Part shown: piece after piece, positions 29,114 through 38,617 of the stretch
How positions within the stretch are numbered: position 1 is the stretch's first letter
How the letters are laid out: the number at the start of each line of letters is the position of its first letter
Assembly (NCBI GenBank): GCA_903884815.1
Contig: CAISGE010000015.1
Location: 22,958-86,957 of the forward strand
DNA length: 64,000 bases
Source of the DNA: Candidatus Omnitrophota bacterium
GTDB lineage: Bacteria; Omnitrophota; Omnitrophia; Omnitrophales; Aquincolibacteriaceae
Direction: 5' to 3'
Position numbers and translations under genes: made by a program
The notes under the pieces: model-generated
Seen by the model: the letters and a program-made list of their open reading frames with translations, nothing else
What the model was told of the DNA's origin: nothing
The model's database searches: none

Positions 29114-30324
29114 AAAAATTTCGTATCCTTTTTATTTTCCTTATTTTTATCGGCGTCCTGGCCCTCACGTATGGCCGTCTTCTCGGAATGGCCGCGGAAC
29201 CTTTTCTGGAAAAGCTCATGACCGATGCTTTTGACATGCCGGTGGATGTCGATGGCATGCGGATCTATCCTTTGACCGGTATCGTGAAAATTTCGAAGAT
29301 CGAATTTTTGAATCCCGCGGGATTCCGTCGCAAGGATCAGTTCACTGCCAGAGGGATCACTCTTTTGTTGGATCTCTCGGTACTCAAGAACAAATTAATC
29401 CGGATCCGCAAGGCCCATTTCAAAGAAATCGTGTTCGCGATCGAAAGCTACATGACCCCGAAGGGCTCCCGGAACAATGTTTGGCTCTGGTATCATCACA
29501 TGGGTCTGGACAAGGACGATCCGCCGATCCCCCCACGCGCGATGCCGCATCCTGATAATGTGGGCGAGGATTCCTGGCGCGTTCAGATCAACCGTCTGGA
29601 TATGGATAACGGAACGGTCATTTTTGATGACCGACGCGAGCCTGAAGAGCAGCAATGGATCTTTGAGCATCTCCGCGGTTACTGGACCGGCTTTGATTTT
29701 CTTTCGGACTACACCAGTCCGACCTTCACTGAGACCATCCAGTTGGAAGGTACGTTCGGGTCCAATCCTCCGGCCCGTTTCACCGGAGGAGGTCCTTGTC
29801 AATTTGCGGACGGGGACAATTTTAATGTTGATGTCGCGATCACCGGCGGTTCCATCTCGGAATACGAGTTTCTGATGGCGGGGATCCCCGGCGAAGTGAC
29901 CCGCGGGACTTTTGATCTCAAATCGCATCTTCTTGTTGTGGAAAGCGATCTGAAGTCCGAGCATCGGCTGACGCTCAAGGATATGAAACTGGCGTCCCCG
30001 ACTACGACCCAGAAGCTCTTGAAGTATCCCTTTGGAGCACTGCAGCTTTTCTTGGAGGAGCAAAAGGCGGTGGAGCTGGATATTCGTGTCGATGGTTATA
30101 TCGGGGATCCCAAATTCCGCATGGGCCGCGCTTTCACAAAGGCATTCCAAAAGGCCCTGCTTGCCAAAGCCAAGGCGGGGGTTAAGGGCACGGTCAAGAT
30201 CGCCACAGACACGCCTTTCCAGGTCGCGAACGGTCTGACGAAGATCGGTTCGATCCTGGCGGAGCCGTTCACACGCAAAGATAAGGCGGCCGTTCCTGCC
30301 GCCGGAGGGAAATCCAATGGTTGA
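29110..30324 (+). CDS. hypothetical protein with N-terminal signal anchor (AsmA-like?)
   Basis: 404 aa. N-terminal TM segment then a mostly beta/soluble body. 4-nt overlap with the AKR gene. Confidence 0.4.
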   Translation: MKKFRILFIFLIFIGVLALTYGRLLGMAAEPFLEKLMTDAFDMPVDVDGMRIYPLTGIVKISKIEFLNPAGFRRKDQFTARGITLLLDLSVLKNKLIRIRKAHFKEIVFAIESYMTPKGSRNNVWLWYHHMGLDKDDPPIPPRAMPHPDNVGEDSWRVQINRLDMDNGTVIFDDRREPEEQQWIFEHLRGYWTGFDFLSDYTSPTFTETIQLEGTFGSNPPARFTGGGPCQFADGDNFNVDVAITGGSISEYEFLMAGIPGEVTRGTFDLKSHLLVVESDLKSEHRLTLKDMKLASPTTTQKLLKYPFGALQLFLEEQKAVELDIRVDGYIGDPKFRMGRAFTKAFQKALLAKAKAGVKGTVKIATDTPFQVANGLTKIGSILAEPFTRKDKAAVPAAGGKSNG

Positions 30325-31228
30325 AACTAAAGTGGGTCATGTTGCGATTATCGGAAGGCCCAATGTCGGGAAATCCACACTCTTGAATTATCTGGTGGGA
30401 GAGAAACTGGCCGGGACTTCCGCCAAGCCGCAGACCACACGCGACGTGATCCGCGGGATCCTCACTGTTCCCGACGGTAGCGCGTACCAAAGCCCTTACG
30501 CGGGGCAGATCATCTTTCTCGATACCCCCGGTGTTCACCGGCCGAAGGACGCTCTGGGCGAGGGGATGGTGCGCGAAGTCCATCAGTCGCTTTCCGACGC
30601 CGAGCTTCTTTACTGGATGGCGTACCCGAAGCCCCTGGGGGACGTGGAACGGGCGATCCTGGAATGGGTCAAGGATCTTTCCATCCCCGTCTTCTGTGTG
30701 ATCAATCAGATTGATCGTTTCCCCAAGGACGATCTTCTCCGGGCGCTGGATTCCTTCCAGCAAGCCTATGCCTTTAAGGAATATATCCCGATCAGCGCGA
30801 AGACCGGCGAGAATGTCAAGGTGTTGGTCCAGCAGACGCTTCAGTATCTTCCCGCGGGGGAGTTCATTTATCCGGAGGACCAGCTCTCCGACCAAAATAT
30901 CCGCTTTCATGTCCAGGAGTTGATCCGCGAAAAACTTTATCATTTCCTAGGCGAGGAATTGCCTTACGACGGAGCGGTGCGCATCGATGAATTCAACGAA
31001 GAGGCGAAGATCACCCGCATTCACGCGACGATCGTCGTTGAGCGCGATTCCCAGAAAGCGATCGTGATCGGCGCGGGCGGCGAGAAGATCAAGCAGATCG
31101 GCACGGCCGCGCGCATCGATATCGAGAGATTCCTGGGAAAAAAGGTTTTCCTCGAGCTTTGGTGCAAGCCGATCCCCGGGTGGAAAAGCAATATCCGCTT
31201 TCTCCGCGAGAATCAGCAGCGCTCCTAA
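30317..31228 (+). CDS. era: GTPase Era
   Basis: G1 GRPNVGKST, G3 DTPG, G4 NQID, plus C-terminal KH domain. 303 aa. Confidence 0.9.
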   Translation: MVETKVGHVAIIGRPNVGKSTLLNYLVGEKLAGTSAKPQTTRDVIRGILTVPDGSAYQSPYAGQIIFLDTPGVHRPKDALGEGMVREVHQSLSDAELLYWMAYPKPLGDVERAILEWVKDLSIPVFCVINQIDRFPKDDLLRALDSFQQAYAFKEYIPISAKTGENVKVLVQQTLQYLPAGEFIYPEDQLSDQNIRFHVQELIREKLYHFLGEELPYDGAVRIDEFNEEAKITRIHATIVVERDSQKAIVIGAGGEKIKQIGTAARIDIERFLGKKVFLELWCKPIPGWKSNIRFLRENQQRS

Positions 31229-31237
31229 CCCGCAACA

Positions 31238-31262
31238 ATTCCGGGAATTCAATTCCCGGAAT
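31238..31262. repeat. perfect palindrome ATTCCGGGAATT-C-AATTCCCGGAAT (copy 1 of 3), between convergent era and pfk
   Basis: Read directly. The same palindrome occurs at 51956 and 61508. Confidence 0.8.
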
Positions 31263-31274
31263 GAGTCGGGTGCT

Positions 31275-32468
31275 TTAAAGGGAAGCGAATTCCGGCAGGT
31301 TCTTTCCGAGAAGGGGAAGGGCGTATTCGGCGAAGGCGGGGCGGATCATGGTCTTGGCCGCGTCGAAATATTCTTCGGTGAGATAACGTTCCCGGTTGGG
31401 AATCTTTTCAAGCGGCACCGGTGCGTAGGTGATCGCGTACTTCTTTCCCGGTTTTCTTTTAAATCCCACCATGACTCGGGACATTCCCTCAAGCGCCCAC
31501 TTCACCGCGTAAGCTCCCGCCTGATAGGCTTCTTGCTGATCCGTTTTTGAAATATAGCCCATGGACATGCGCTGGATGGTGCCGGGTTTGTCAAAGCGGG
31601 CGCGAACGCCGAGATGTTTTTCCAGGATCGCGGCGAGGCGCGCGGCTGTCCCTTCCACGTATTTGTGGCCGAAGGGGTCGGTGGTGATGCCTCCGACTTT
31701 CCGTCCGATCCTGTTCCCGCCGTGGTCGCGTATGGTTTCCGAAATGACGATAATGCAGTAGCCGACGGATTGCAGGACAGCCTCGGTCCTTTTGAGGAAG
31801 GCGGTCTCGTTGAAAGGTACTTCCGGGATTAGCAGGATATGCGGCGCGTCCTCGGGGGATTTTTTAAGGAGCGCGGAGGCCGCGACGATCCATCCGGAGT
31901 TTCGGCCCATAAGCTCGATGATCTTGACGGGGTCCACGTTTTTCATGGCCTTGGTGTCCAGGGCCGCTTCCTGCGTGCTGATCGCCGCGAATCGAGCCAC
32001 CGAGCCGAAGCCGGGGCAGTGGTCGGTTTCCATTAAGTCATTGTCGATGGTCTTCGGGATATGGATCACGCGAAGCGGATAGTGGTCCTTTTCCGCTGCG
32101 TTCGCGATCTGGAGGCTGGTGTTGGCCGTGTCATTCCCGCCGATCAGAAACAGATAGCGGACATTGTTTTTTTTGAGCGCCAGGAGCACGCGCTTTTCAT
32201 CGCCCGGTTTCATTTTGTAGCGGGAGGAGCCGAGCGCGGCAGAGGGAGAATTCGCAACGGCCTTCATGAACTTTGAGGATTTGGCTTTGAGGTCAATGAA
32301 CGAGCCGCTCAGGATTCCTTCGATGCCGTTCCGGGAGCCGAGGATGCCCGTGATCTGGGGACAGGCACGGGCCGTTTCCACGACGCCGGCGAGGCTCTGA
32401 TTGATGACCGCCGTACATCCTCCCGATTGAGCAACGACCGCTTTTCCTTTAAGAGATGGATTTATCAT
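31275..32468 (-). CDS. pfk: 6-phosphofructokinase (PfkA family, likely PPi-dependent type)
   Basis: AVVAQSGGCTAVINQSL N-terminus, GGNDT, and PKTIDND catalytic motif. Confidence 0.85.
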   Translation of the reverse strand: MINPSLKGKAVVAQSGGCTAVINQSLAGVVETARACPQITGILGSRNGIEGILSGSFIDLKAKSSKFMKAVANSPSAALGSSRYKMKPGDEKRVLLALKKNNVRYLFLIGGNDTANTSLQIANAAEKDHYPLRVIHIPKTIDNDLMETDHCPGFGSVARFAAISTQEAALDTKAMKNVDPVKIIELMGRNSGWIVAASALLKKSPEDAPHILLIPEVPFNETAFLKRTEAVLQSVGYCIIVISETIRDHGGNRIGRKVGGITTDPFGHKYVEGTAARLAAILEKHLGVRARFDKPGTIQRMSMGYISKTDQQEAYQAGAYAVKWALEGMSRVMVGFKRKPGKKYAITYAPVPLEKIPNRERYLTEEYFDAAKTMIRPAFAEYALPLLGKNLPEFASL

Positions 32469-32528
32469 AAGATTTGGTTAGTATAACCCGAAGCAAAATC
32501 GAAGACTAGGATAAACCTTTGGGAGTAG

Positions 32529-33665
32529 ATGATGAAAACGAGCGTGATCCGAAAATCGGACGCGAAGATATGGCGGGCAAAGCTCACGGCGCCTTTCCGC
32601 ACGGCCAAGGGTCAGCATGACCTGCTTGAGAACGTCCTTTTCTCGATCGAACTTTCGGATGGCGTCCGGGGATACGGTGAGGCCGCGGTCGCGACGCATA
32701 TCACCGGGGAAACCGTTCCGGAAACGCTCCGGAATTTAAAGGAAGCTGCCCGTGCAATGCCGGGGCGGAGTCTCACGGGATTTCCGGAGATCGCTGAAGC
32801 GTTCCGGGAGAAGTTCGGGAAAAACAAATGCGCGCTAGCGGCGCTGGAGATGGCGCTTCTTGACGCGGCGGCTCGAGTCAAAAAGATGCCGCTTTGGCGG
32901 GTTTTCGGGAGTCGGCTCAGAACGCTTCGCACCGATATGACGGTGGTGCTCGGTTCTGTTCCGGAAGCGGAGGCAGCCGTTCAGGATATTTTGCGCCGGG
33001 GGATACGGTCGTTTAAAGTCAAGATCGGCCGGGATTTTGATTTGGACCTCAAGAGGGTTGTCGCGATCACGACGATCGCAAAACGCTTCCCGATTTATCT
33101 CGATGCGAATCAGGGGTTCACGGCGGTTCAGACGCTGAAATTCCTGAAAGAACTCACGAAGCTCAAGATCCAGCCGGCTTTGATTGAACAGCCGGTGCCG
33201 AAGGGCGATTGGGACGGTCTCAAGAAGGTGACGCGAGAAGGCGGAGTGCTGGTTTGCGCCGATGAAAGTGCGGGTTCCCTCGAGGATGCGAAGCGGATTA
33301 TCCTGGAGAAGGCTGCCGGAGCTATCAATATCAAATTTACGAAGACGGGCCTGCTTGAGGCCTATGAGATCGCGCATCTCGCGAAACGCCACGGGATCAA
33401 GTTGATGATCGGGACGATGATGGAAACGCCGCTCGCGGTCACGGCGGCGGCGCATCTGGCGGCGGGCCTCGGGGGTTTCGATTTTATCGATCTCGATGCG
33501 CCATTCTTTATGGCCGAGGCCGTGACACGTGGTCATTTCGTCACGCGCTCGGGCGTTTATGATCTTGGCAAGGTCAAAGCCGGGATCGGTGTTACTCCTC
33601 TGTACACACCGGGTGTGTGCATCGTGGGACACACCCGGTGTGTACAAGGGGCGAGCAAGACATGA
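32529..33665 (+). CDS. enolase-superfamily enzyme (MR/MLE; dipeptide epimerase / o-succinylbenzoate synthase-like)
   Basis: KVKIG...DANQG...EQP...ADES...MIGTMMET metal-ligand pattern. The 3' end reads through two tandem palindromes. Confidence 0.75.
   Translation: MMKTSVIRKSDAKIWRAKLTAPFRTAKGQHDLLENVLFSIELSDGVRGYGEAAVATHITGETVPETLRNLKEAARAMPGRSLTGFPEIAEAFREKFGKNKCALAALEMALLDAAARVKKMPLWRVFGSRLRTLRTDMTVVLGSVPEAEAAVQDILRRGIRSFKVKIGRDFDLDLKRVVAITTIAKRFPIYLDANQGFTAVQTLKFLKELTKLKIQPALIEQPVPKGDWDGLKKVTREGGVLVCADESAGSLEDAKRIILEKAAGAINIKFTKTGLLEAYEIAHLAKRHGIKLMIGTMMETPLAVTAAAHLAAGLGGFDFIDLDAPFFMAEAVTRGHFVTRSGVYDLGKVKAGIGVTPLYTPGVCIVGHTRCVQGASKT
33601..33648. repeat. two tandem ACACACCGGGTGTG-type palindromes forming a 17-bp-stem hairpin at the 3' end of the enolase-family gene
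   Basis: TGTACACACCGGGTGTGTGCATCGTGGGACACACCCGGTGTGTACAAGG. Confidence 0.65.
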
Positions 33666-34810
33666 TTCAGAATCCTTGGGCCATTCTCCTGGTTCTGATC
33701 CTGATCGAGGGGCTTATCCTTTTCCTTTCCGAGGGTACCCGGACGAAAAAGTTCTTCAAGTTCCCGCCGCCGCTTTTCTGGATCTATTTCCTGCCGATGA
33801 TTGTTTCGAGTCTTGGTCTTATCCCTCAGCAGCACGCCATTTATCCGAAGATCACCGCCGCCGTCCTTCCCGCGGGACTCATCCTACTTTTGATCGCGAC
33901 CGACTTTAAGGCGATTCTGAAGCTCGGGCGGCCGGCGCTTCTCATGATGTTCACGGGATCGGCGGGGATCATGATCGGCGCGCCGCTCGTGGTGGCGTTT
34001 TTCAAACCCTGGCTGCCCGCGGACGCGTGGTCGGGATTCGGGGCACTCTCGGCCTCCTGGATTGGCGGCAGCGCGAACATGGTGGCGGTGAGAGAAGCGA
34101 TCCACACGCCTGACGCCGTCTTTTTCCCGATGATCGTGGTGGATACCGTGGTGGCTTATTCGTGGATGGGCGTTTTGATCCTGCTGGAAGGTTTTCAGAA
34201 GAAATATGATACATGGAACCGTTCGGACTGCGGCATGGTGGAAGAACTTGCCCGGAAAACCGCGCTGGCGGAAGCGGGTTCCCAGAAATCTGACGCGCGA
34301 TACCTGCCGCTTATTGTGGCCGTGGCGTTCGGCGGAGCGTGGATCTCAAACGCTCTCGCGGGGATTCTCGGGGATGGGTCTTTTGCGTGGACGATCATTC
34401 TGGCCTCGACGATTGGAATCCTTCTTTCGTTCACACGCTTAAGGAAACTCGAACGCCACGGGGCTTCACGGATCGGTTATTTATTCCTTTTCCTGGTTCT
34501 GACCTCAATCGGTGCGCGGGCGAGTCTCTCGGGGATTTGGTCTGCTCCGGTACTGATCCTGGCTGGGGTGGTGCTGGTTCTCATTCACGCGTCATTCCTC
34601 TTTATCGTTTCTCGTGTCGCGCGTATCCCGCTTTGCCTCGCCGCGACCGCGAGCCAAGCGAATATCGGGGGCCCCGCCTCAGCGCCGATCGTCGCTGCGG
34701 CTTATGTGCCCGCGCTCGCGCCGGTCGGATTGCTTCTGGGGATACTCGGGAATGTGATGGGAACGTATCTGGGGCTTGTGACAAGTTGGCTTTGCAAGTG
34801 GGTTGGATGA
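33662..34810 (+). CDS. DUF819-like polytopic membrane protein
   Basis: 382 aa, ~10 TM segments. Start trimmed to MIQNPWAILL. Confidence 0.5.
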   Translation: MIQNPWAILLVLILIEGLILFLSEGTRTKKFFKFPPPLFWIYFLPMIVSSLGLIPQQHAIYPKITAAVLPAGLILLLIATDFKAILKLGRPALLMMFTGSAGIMIGAPLVVAFFKPWLPADAWSGFGALSASWIGGSANMVAVREAIHTPDAVFFPMIVVDTVVAYSWMGVLILLEGFQKKYDTWNRSDCGMVEELARKTALAEAGSQKSDARYLPLIVAVAFGGAWISNALAGILGDGSFAWTIILASTIGILLSFTRLRKLERHGASRIGYLFLFLVLTSIGARASLSGIWSAPVLILAGVVLVLIHASFLFIVSRVARIPLCLAATASQANIGGPASAPIVAAAYVPALAPVGLLLGILGNVMGTYLGLVTSWLCKWVG

Positions 34811-34813
34811 AAC

Positions 34814-34890
34814 CGCGGGCAAGGGGGAACGGGGAACGCCAAACGTTTTAGATATTGTTCACAGTTTGCCGTTGCCCTTCGTTTTTTATT
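34814..34890. repeat. HPE copy between convergent genes
   Basis: GCGGGCAAGG GGGAACG GGGAACG CCAAACG ... GTTTGCCGTTGCCCTTCG T6. Confidence 0.65.
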
Positions 34891-35659
34891 TCTTCTTCGA
34901 TTTCGTGTGAACCGCTTCCGCGATTATCTTGTGTATCGCCTGCCGGTTCCTTTGCTGGATTTCCCTCACGTTCTTCTGAGCTTTTTTGAGCGCGGCCTGT
35001 TTCTCTCTGCGCTCCTGAGGATCTTTGGCGGCTTTCAGATCTGTCTGAAGCTGGAGGATATCCCTTTTGAGGCTGCTTACGGTCATGGAGATCGTTCCGC
35101 CTTCCGTGATCACCGCGGTGGAGGCGGAAGTCATCGATGAGCCGACGCCTGCCGGAAGATCACCCGCTGTAAGATCTCCCAGAACCAGGGATACATTCTC
35201 GCTGATGTTGATCGTGACCCCTTCGGGGATGCGTAGGGTATCAGAAGCCAGGACGCCTTGTCCCTTGATCTCTAAAATGCCGTTCGCAGGGAGCTTGTCG
35301 AGAGCGCTCTGGATGTCGTCGTGGATATCGATGACAGTATGAGGAGAAAGGGTTTCAATTCCTTTTGGCCCGACCGTGGGGGTCGACTTTACGGCATATT
35401 CCATCCCAATGCTTGGGGTTTCAGCCTGCTCAGGTCTGACCATCTCCGTGCCTTCTATTGTGGAAGGTGAAAGAGGGGATTCCTGGGTATCATAATTGGA
35501 TGTAGACGGCCCCGCCTTCTTTTCCGCAGCCGGAACGGCTCGGAGCATTGAATCTCCCTTCGCGGGTGCGGGTGATGTATCCGCCGCCCAGCCGGTAAGG
35601 CTGAGGCTCGTCGAGAGCATTGCCGTCATTATCACAGCCAAAAAAACGATTTTTTTCAT
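34886..35659 (-). CDS. secreted hypothetical protein
   Basis: Signal peptide MKKIVFLAVIMTAMLSTSLSLTGWA. Lys-rich, coiled-coil-like C-terminus. Confidence 0.5.
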   Translation of the reverse strand: MKKIVFLAVIMTAMLSTSLSLTGWAADTSPAPAKGDSMLRAVPAAEKKAGPSTSNYDTQESPLSPSTIEGTEMVRPEQAETPSIGMEYAVKSTPTVGPKGIETLSPHTVIDIHDDIQSALDKLPANGILEIKGQGVLASDTLRIPEGVTINISENVSLVLGDLTAGDLPAGVGSSMTSASTAVITEGGTISMTVSSLKRDILQLQTDLKAAKDPQERREKQAALKKAQKNVREIQQRNRQAIHKIIAEAVHTKSKKK

Positions 35660-36094
35660 TCGAAACTCCTTTTACTTATATCTTATAAAGAATATCTTAA
35701 GTCAAGGCTAACCCATGGAACGGTTTATTGCAAGGCCTCGATGTGATTTTTTTGGGGGGGTATAGCTGAGATATACGCATTTTAAAGTGGTTTAAGGAGC
35801 GGGACTTTCGTGGATATGGGTCAGGTGCGTCATCTGGGCGCAACGGGGGGGCTGGCTTGAGATTCTTCCGCAAAATACGCTTCAAGATGACAACCGGTAC
35901 TTGGAAGGTTAAATTTTTGCAAGGCCACTGTCTGAACGAGAGGGAAGGAACGCGTGGCTGAATGAGAGGCCCCGGTATGAGACCTGGGAGCTATCGGGAT
36001 GCGGTCCTCTAAAACAACGCCCCGGAGTTTTCTTTAAAATCCGAAGGAAACGAAAACTCCACAAGAGTTCATAGAAATGTCGGCCGTCTGCTTA

Positions 36095-36592
36095 TTAATC
36101 AACCCGGCAGGGATTTGAAGCATTGTCGGTTGCAAGAAGCCCTAAACAAGAATAGGAGGGGGCATTAGAACCGACAACACTCAAAGACATGTAAGCATAC
36201 GTTAAAGGGTCGCTGCTCGGATATGACATGAATACGAGGGTATAGGCGGTCGACGTAGAAGTGAGAGAATAGTAAAAATCTCTCGATTGTTGCATGTCAC
36301 TGTTAGAGATTCCGGCGGGCTGGAAGTCACCGGAGATTTGACCAGCACTGTTCGAACTATAACTTATGAACGGCGGAAAATACCACGCGCTGGCGGTCGG
36401 AAACTGGCCTGTTCTGTCATATTTACCGTCCAGGGTTCGTCTCATGAGGCCGATCATTTGGAAGGCGGCCCCGATTTTGGCCCTTCCAATTTGGCTGGTC
36501 ATGCGCGGCACGATCACCACGGCGAGAGTGGTAATGATGACGAGCACGATCAATATCTCCACCAGAGTGAAACCCTTTTTCATGTCTCTCAT
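36095..36592 (-). CDS. type IV pilin-like protein, paralog 3
   Basis: MRDMKKG then FTLVEILIVLVIITTLAVVIVPRM. Track start 36610 is a TTG artefact; the ATG follows a GGGAGAG RBS. Confidence 0.75.
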   Translation of the reverse strand: MRDMKKGFTLVEILIVLVIITTLAVVIVPRMTSQIGRAKIGAAFQMIGLMRRTLDGKYDRTGQFPTASAWYFPPFISYSSNSAGQISGDFQPAGISNSDMQQSRDFYYSLTSTSTAYTLVFMSYPSSDPLTYAYMSLSVVGSNAPSYSCLGLLATDNASNPCRVD

Positions 36593-36761
36593 GTCTCTCT
36601 CCCTTTTCAAAAGAAGTCTCTCGGCCCGCTCAAATCATCGCCGTGGTCCCACTAGAACTGTAACACATATCCGCGGAATTGGGGGCGGCGACTGTCCTTA
36701 AATCAAGACGGGGAATCGGCGCTTTAATGTTCCAATACCCACGATTTGAAGCACGGCTTGA

Positions 36762-36989
36762 TCACCTCGCCAGGCGCTGTCTCTCTTTCAGGAGCATTTC
36801 CTTCATCTCCTGAGGCAATTTTTCAAAATCCGGAGGAAGGGGCGGCAGGCCTTTCGCGATCTCCTCGCGCGTTCTCGGGTCCCGGTGCTTCGCCGTGAAA
36901 TGCGGCATAAGCGCGAAGAGCAGCGCGCAAACGCAGACACCCAGGATCACCCATTTTTTTACGGAAACTCCCTCAAAGTTCTCAGTCAT
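36762..36989 (-). CDS. small single-TM membrane protein (75 aa) between pilin paralogs
   Basis: MTENFEGVSVKKWVILGVCVCALLFALMPHF. A degenerate copy lies after the next pilin. Confidence 0.4.
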   Translation of the reverse strand: MTENFEGVSVKKWVILGVCVCALLFALMPHFTAKHRDPRTREEIAKGLPPLPPDFEKLPQEMKEMLLKERQRLAR

Positions 36990-37005
36990 GACCGTCGTCT
37001 CCTGT

Positions 37006-37518
37006 TTAGCTGAGGTCGCATGGATTTGCAGAGCTCGAGTAAGTAACAAGCCCGCTACACATATAGGTGGTAACGATATTGCCGCTCGAAAAAACCGACC
37101 CGGCGCCCACGGAAGCATACGTTGAAGGGTCGTATGAGCCCGCGGTGGAGAAGGAGATCGAACTGCTTGAGGTGGTAGACGAAAAATTAAAGTTAAAATT
37201 TTTGATTTGCTGAACGTCGTAGTTCGACACCCCCAGGACTAGAAAGTTGCCCGAGCTGGAGCTGGCATGATCAATCCCGCCCGAATCCGTGTATGCCGGA
37301 AACCAAGTCGCGGCGCCGGAAGGTGGATAGTACCCATGCGTGCTGGCATAGTTTGCAAGGTTGCGTCTCATGATCCCGAATAGCTGCATGGGTTGCGCGA
37401 GTTTGGCCCTTGCGATTTGGCTGGTCATGTGCGGTACGATCATCGCTGCGAGAGTGGAAATGATGACGATCACGATCAATACCTCCACCAGAGTGAAACC
37501 CTTTTTCATGTCTCTCAT
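37006..37518 (-). CDS. type IV pilin-like protein, paralog 4
   Basis: MRDMKKG then FTLVEVLIVIVIISTLAAMIVPHM. Ser/Thr-rich C-terminal half. Confidence 0.75.
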   Translation of the reverse strand: MRDMKKGFTLVEVLIVIVIISTLAAMIVPHMTSQIARAKLAQPMQLFGIMRRNLANYASTHGYYPPSGAATWFPAYTDSGGIDHASSSSGNFLVLGVSNYDVQQIKNFNFNFSSTTSSSSISFSTAGSYDPSTYASVGAGSVFSSGNIVTTYMCSGLVTYSSSANPCDLS

Positions 37519-37689
37519 GTCTTTCTCCCTTTTCAAAAAAGGCTTTCCGCCTTCTCAAATCATCGTCGTGCTCCCATTAAAACTGTAACACATATCCGCG
37601 GAATTGGGGGCGTCGGCTCTCCTTAAATTAAGACGGAGGATCGGCGCTTTGATGCCCCCATTCCTATCAGCCGAAGCATTGCTTGATCG

Positions 37690-37800
37690 GTTTGCTACGT
37701 GGTGAACTGCGGCATAGGCGCGAAGACCAGCGTGCAAACGCAGACACCCAGGATTACCCATTTTTTCACGAAAACTCCCTCAAAGTTCTCAGGCTTGACC
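37690..37800 (-). pseudogene. decayed duplicate of the 75-aa small membrane protein gene (start ATG->AAG, premature stop)
   Basis: About 90% nucleotide identity with 36880..37000. Translates VKPENFEGVFVKKWVILGVCVCTLVFAPMPQFTT then stop. Confidence 0.45.
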
Positions 37801-37812
37801 GCCGTCTCCTGT

Positions 37813-38334
37813 TTAGATAATCTCGCAGCGAGAAGAATCATTTTTGGCGTAAGTAAAAAGCCCGCTACACATAGCGGAAGTGTTCATGCTACTGGTAATG
37901 GGGTTAAACCAAGTTGAGACGCCCATGTAAGCGTATGCTGGATCACCCCACGGGGCTACGGAATAGAAGGAGAGCCAGCTGGATGTGGAGGAACTGGAAA
38001 AAGAAAAGTTAAAATCGTTGATTTTCTGCATGTCGTTGTTGGAAACCCCCAGGACTAGAAAGTTGCCCGAGCTGGAGCTGCCATGATAAGTCCCGCCCGA
38101 ATCCGTGTACGCCGCAGAATAAGACGCGGAGCCGGAAGTCGGATAGTACCCATGCGCCGTGTAATAGGTTTCAAGGTTGCGTTTCATGATGCCGAATAGC
38201 TGTGTGGGTTCCGCGAGTTTGGCCTTTGCGATTTGGCCGGTCATGCGCGGCACGATCGCTGCGGCGAGAATGGCAATGATGACGAGCACGACCAATACCT
38301 CCACAAGCGTGAAACCCTTCTTCATGTTTTTCAT
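37813..38334 (-). CDS. type IV pilin-like protein, paralog 5
   Basis: MKNMKKG then FTLVEVLVVLVIIAILAAAIVPRM. Track start 38667 is an over-extension; ATG at 38334 follows a GGAG RBS. Confidence 0.75.
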   Translation of the reverse strand: MKNMKKGFTLVEVLVVLVIIAILAAAIVPRMTGQIAKAKLAEPTQLFGIMKRNLETYYTAHGYYPTSGSASYSAAYTDSGGTYHGSSSSGNFLVLGVSNNDMQKINDFNFSFSSSSTSSWLSFYSVAPWGDPAYAYMGVSTWFNPITSSMNTSAMCSGLFTYAKNDSSRCEII

Positions 38335-38617
38335 AGCACTTCTCCTTTCAAAAGAAGACCAGACTGCTCTTCCGATCATCATCGTCAACCACCCGCAATA
38401 ACTATAGCACATATCCGGAGAATGGGGGGGGAGGCGGGTAACGGAATCAAGGGGGTTATTCGGCTCCCCCGGGCCTCGATCCTTCCAGTACCGGACACTC
38501 TCCGGAGTCCCTGGCACTGGAACTTCTTCGGAAGACGGGGTATTGCGAAGGGGGTTATTCCGCATTTCCCGTTTCCCGTTCACCCTTCGTTTCGATTGTG
38601 CTACAATCCCGCTCCTT

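Noticed and set aside
36575-36600. Direct repeat CATGTCTCT CATGTCTCT, also at 37505, considered as a possible CRISPR or slippage repeat.
   Set aside because: It is simply the antisense of the MRDMRDM codons at the pilin N-terminus. It has no spacer-repeat architecture.
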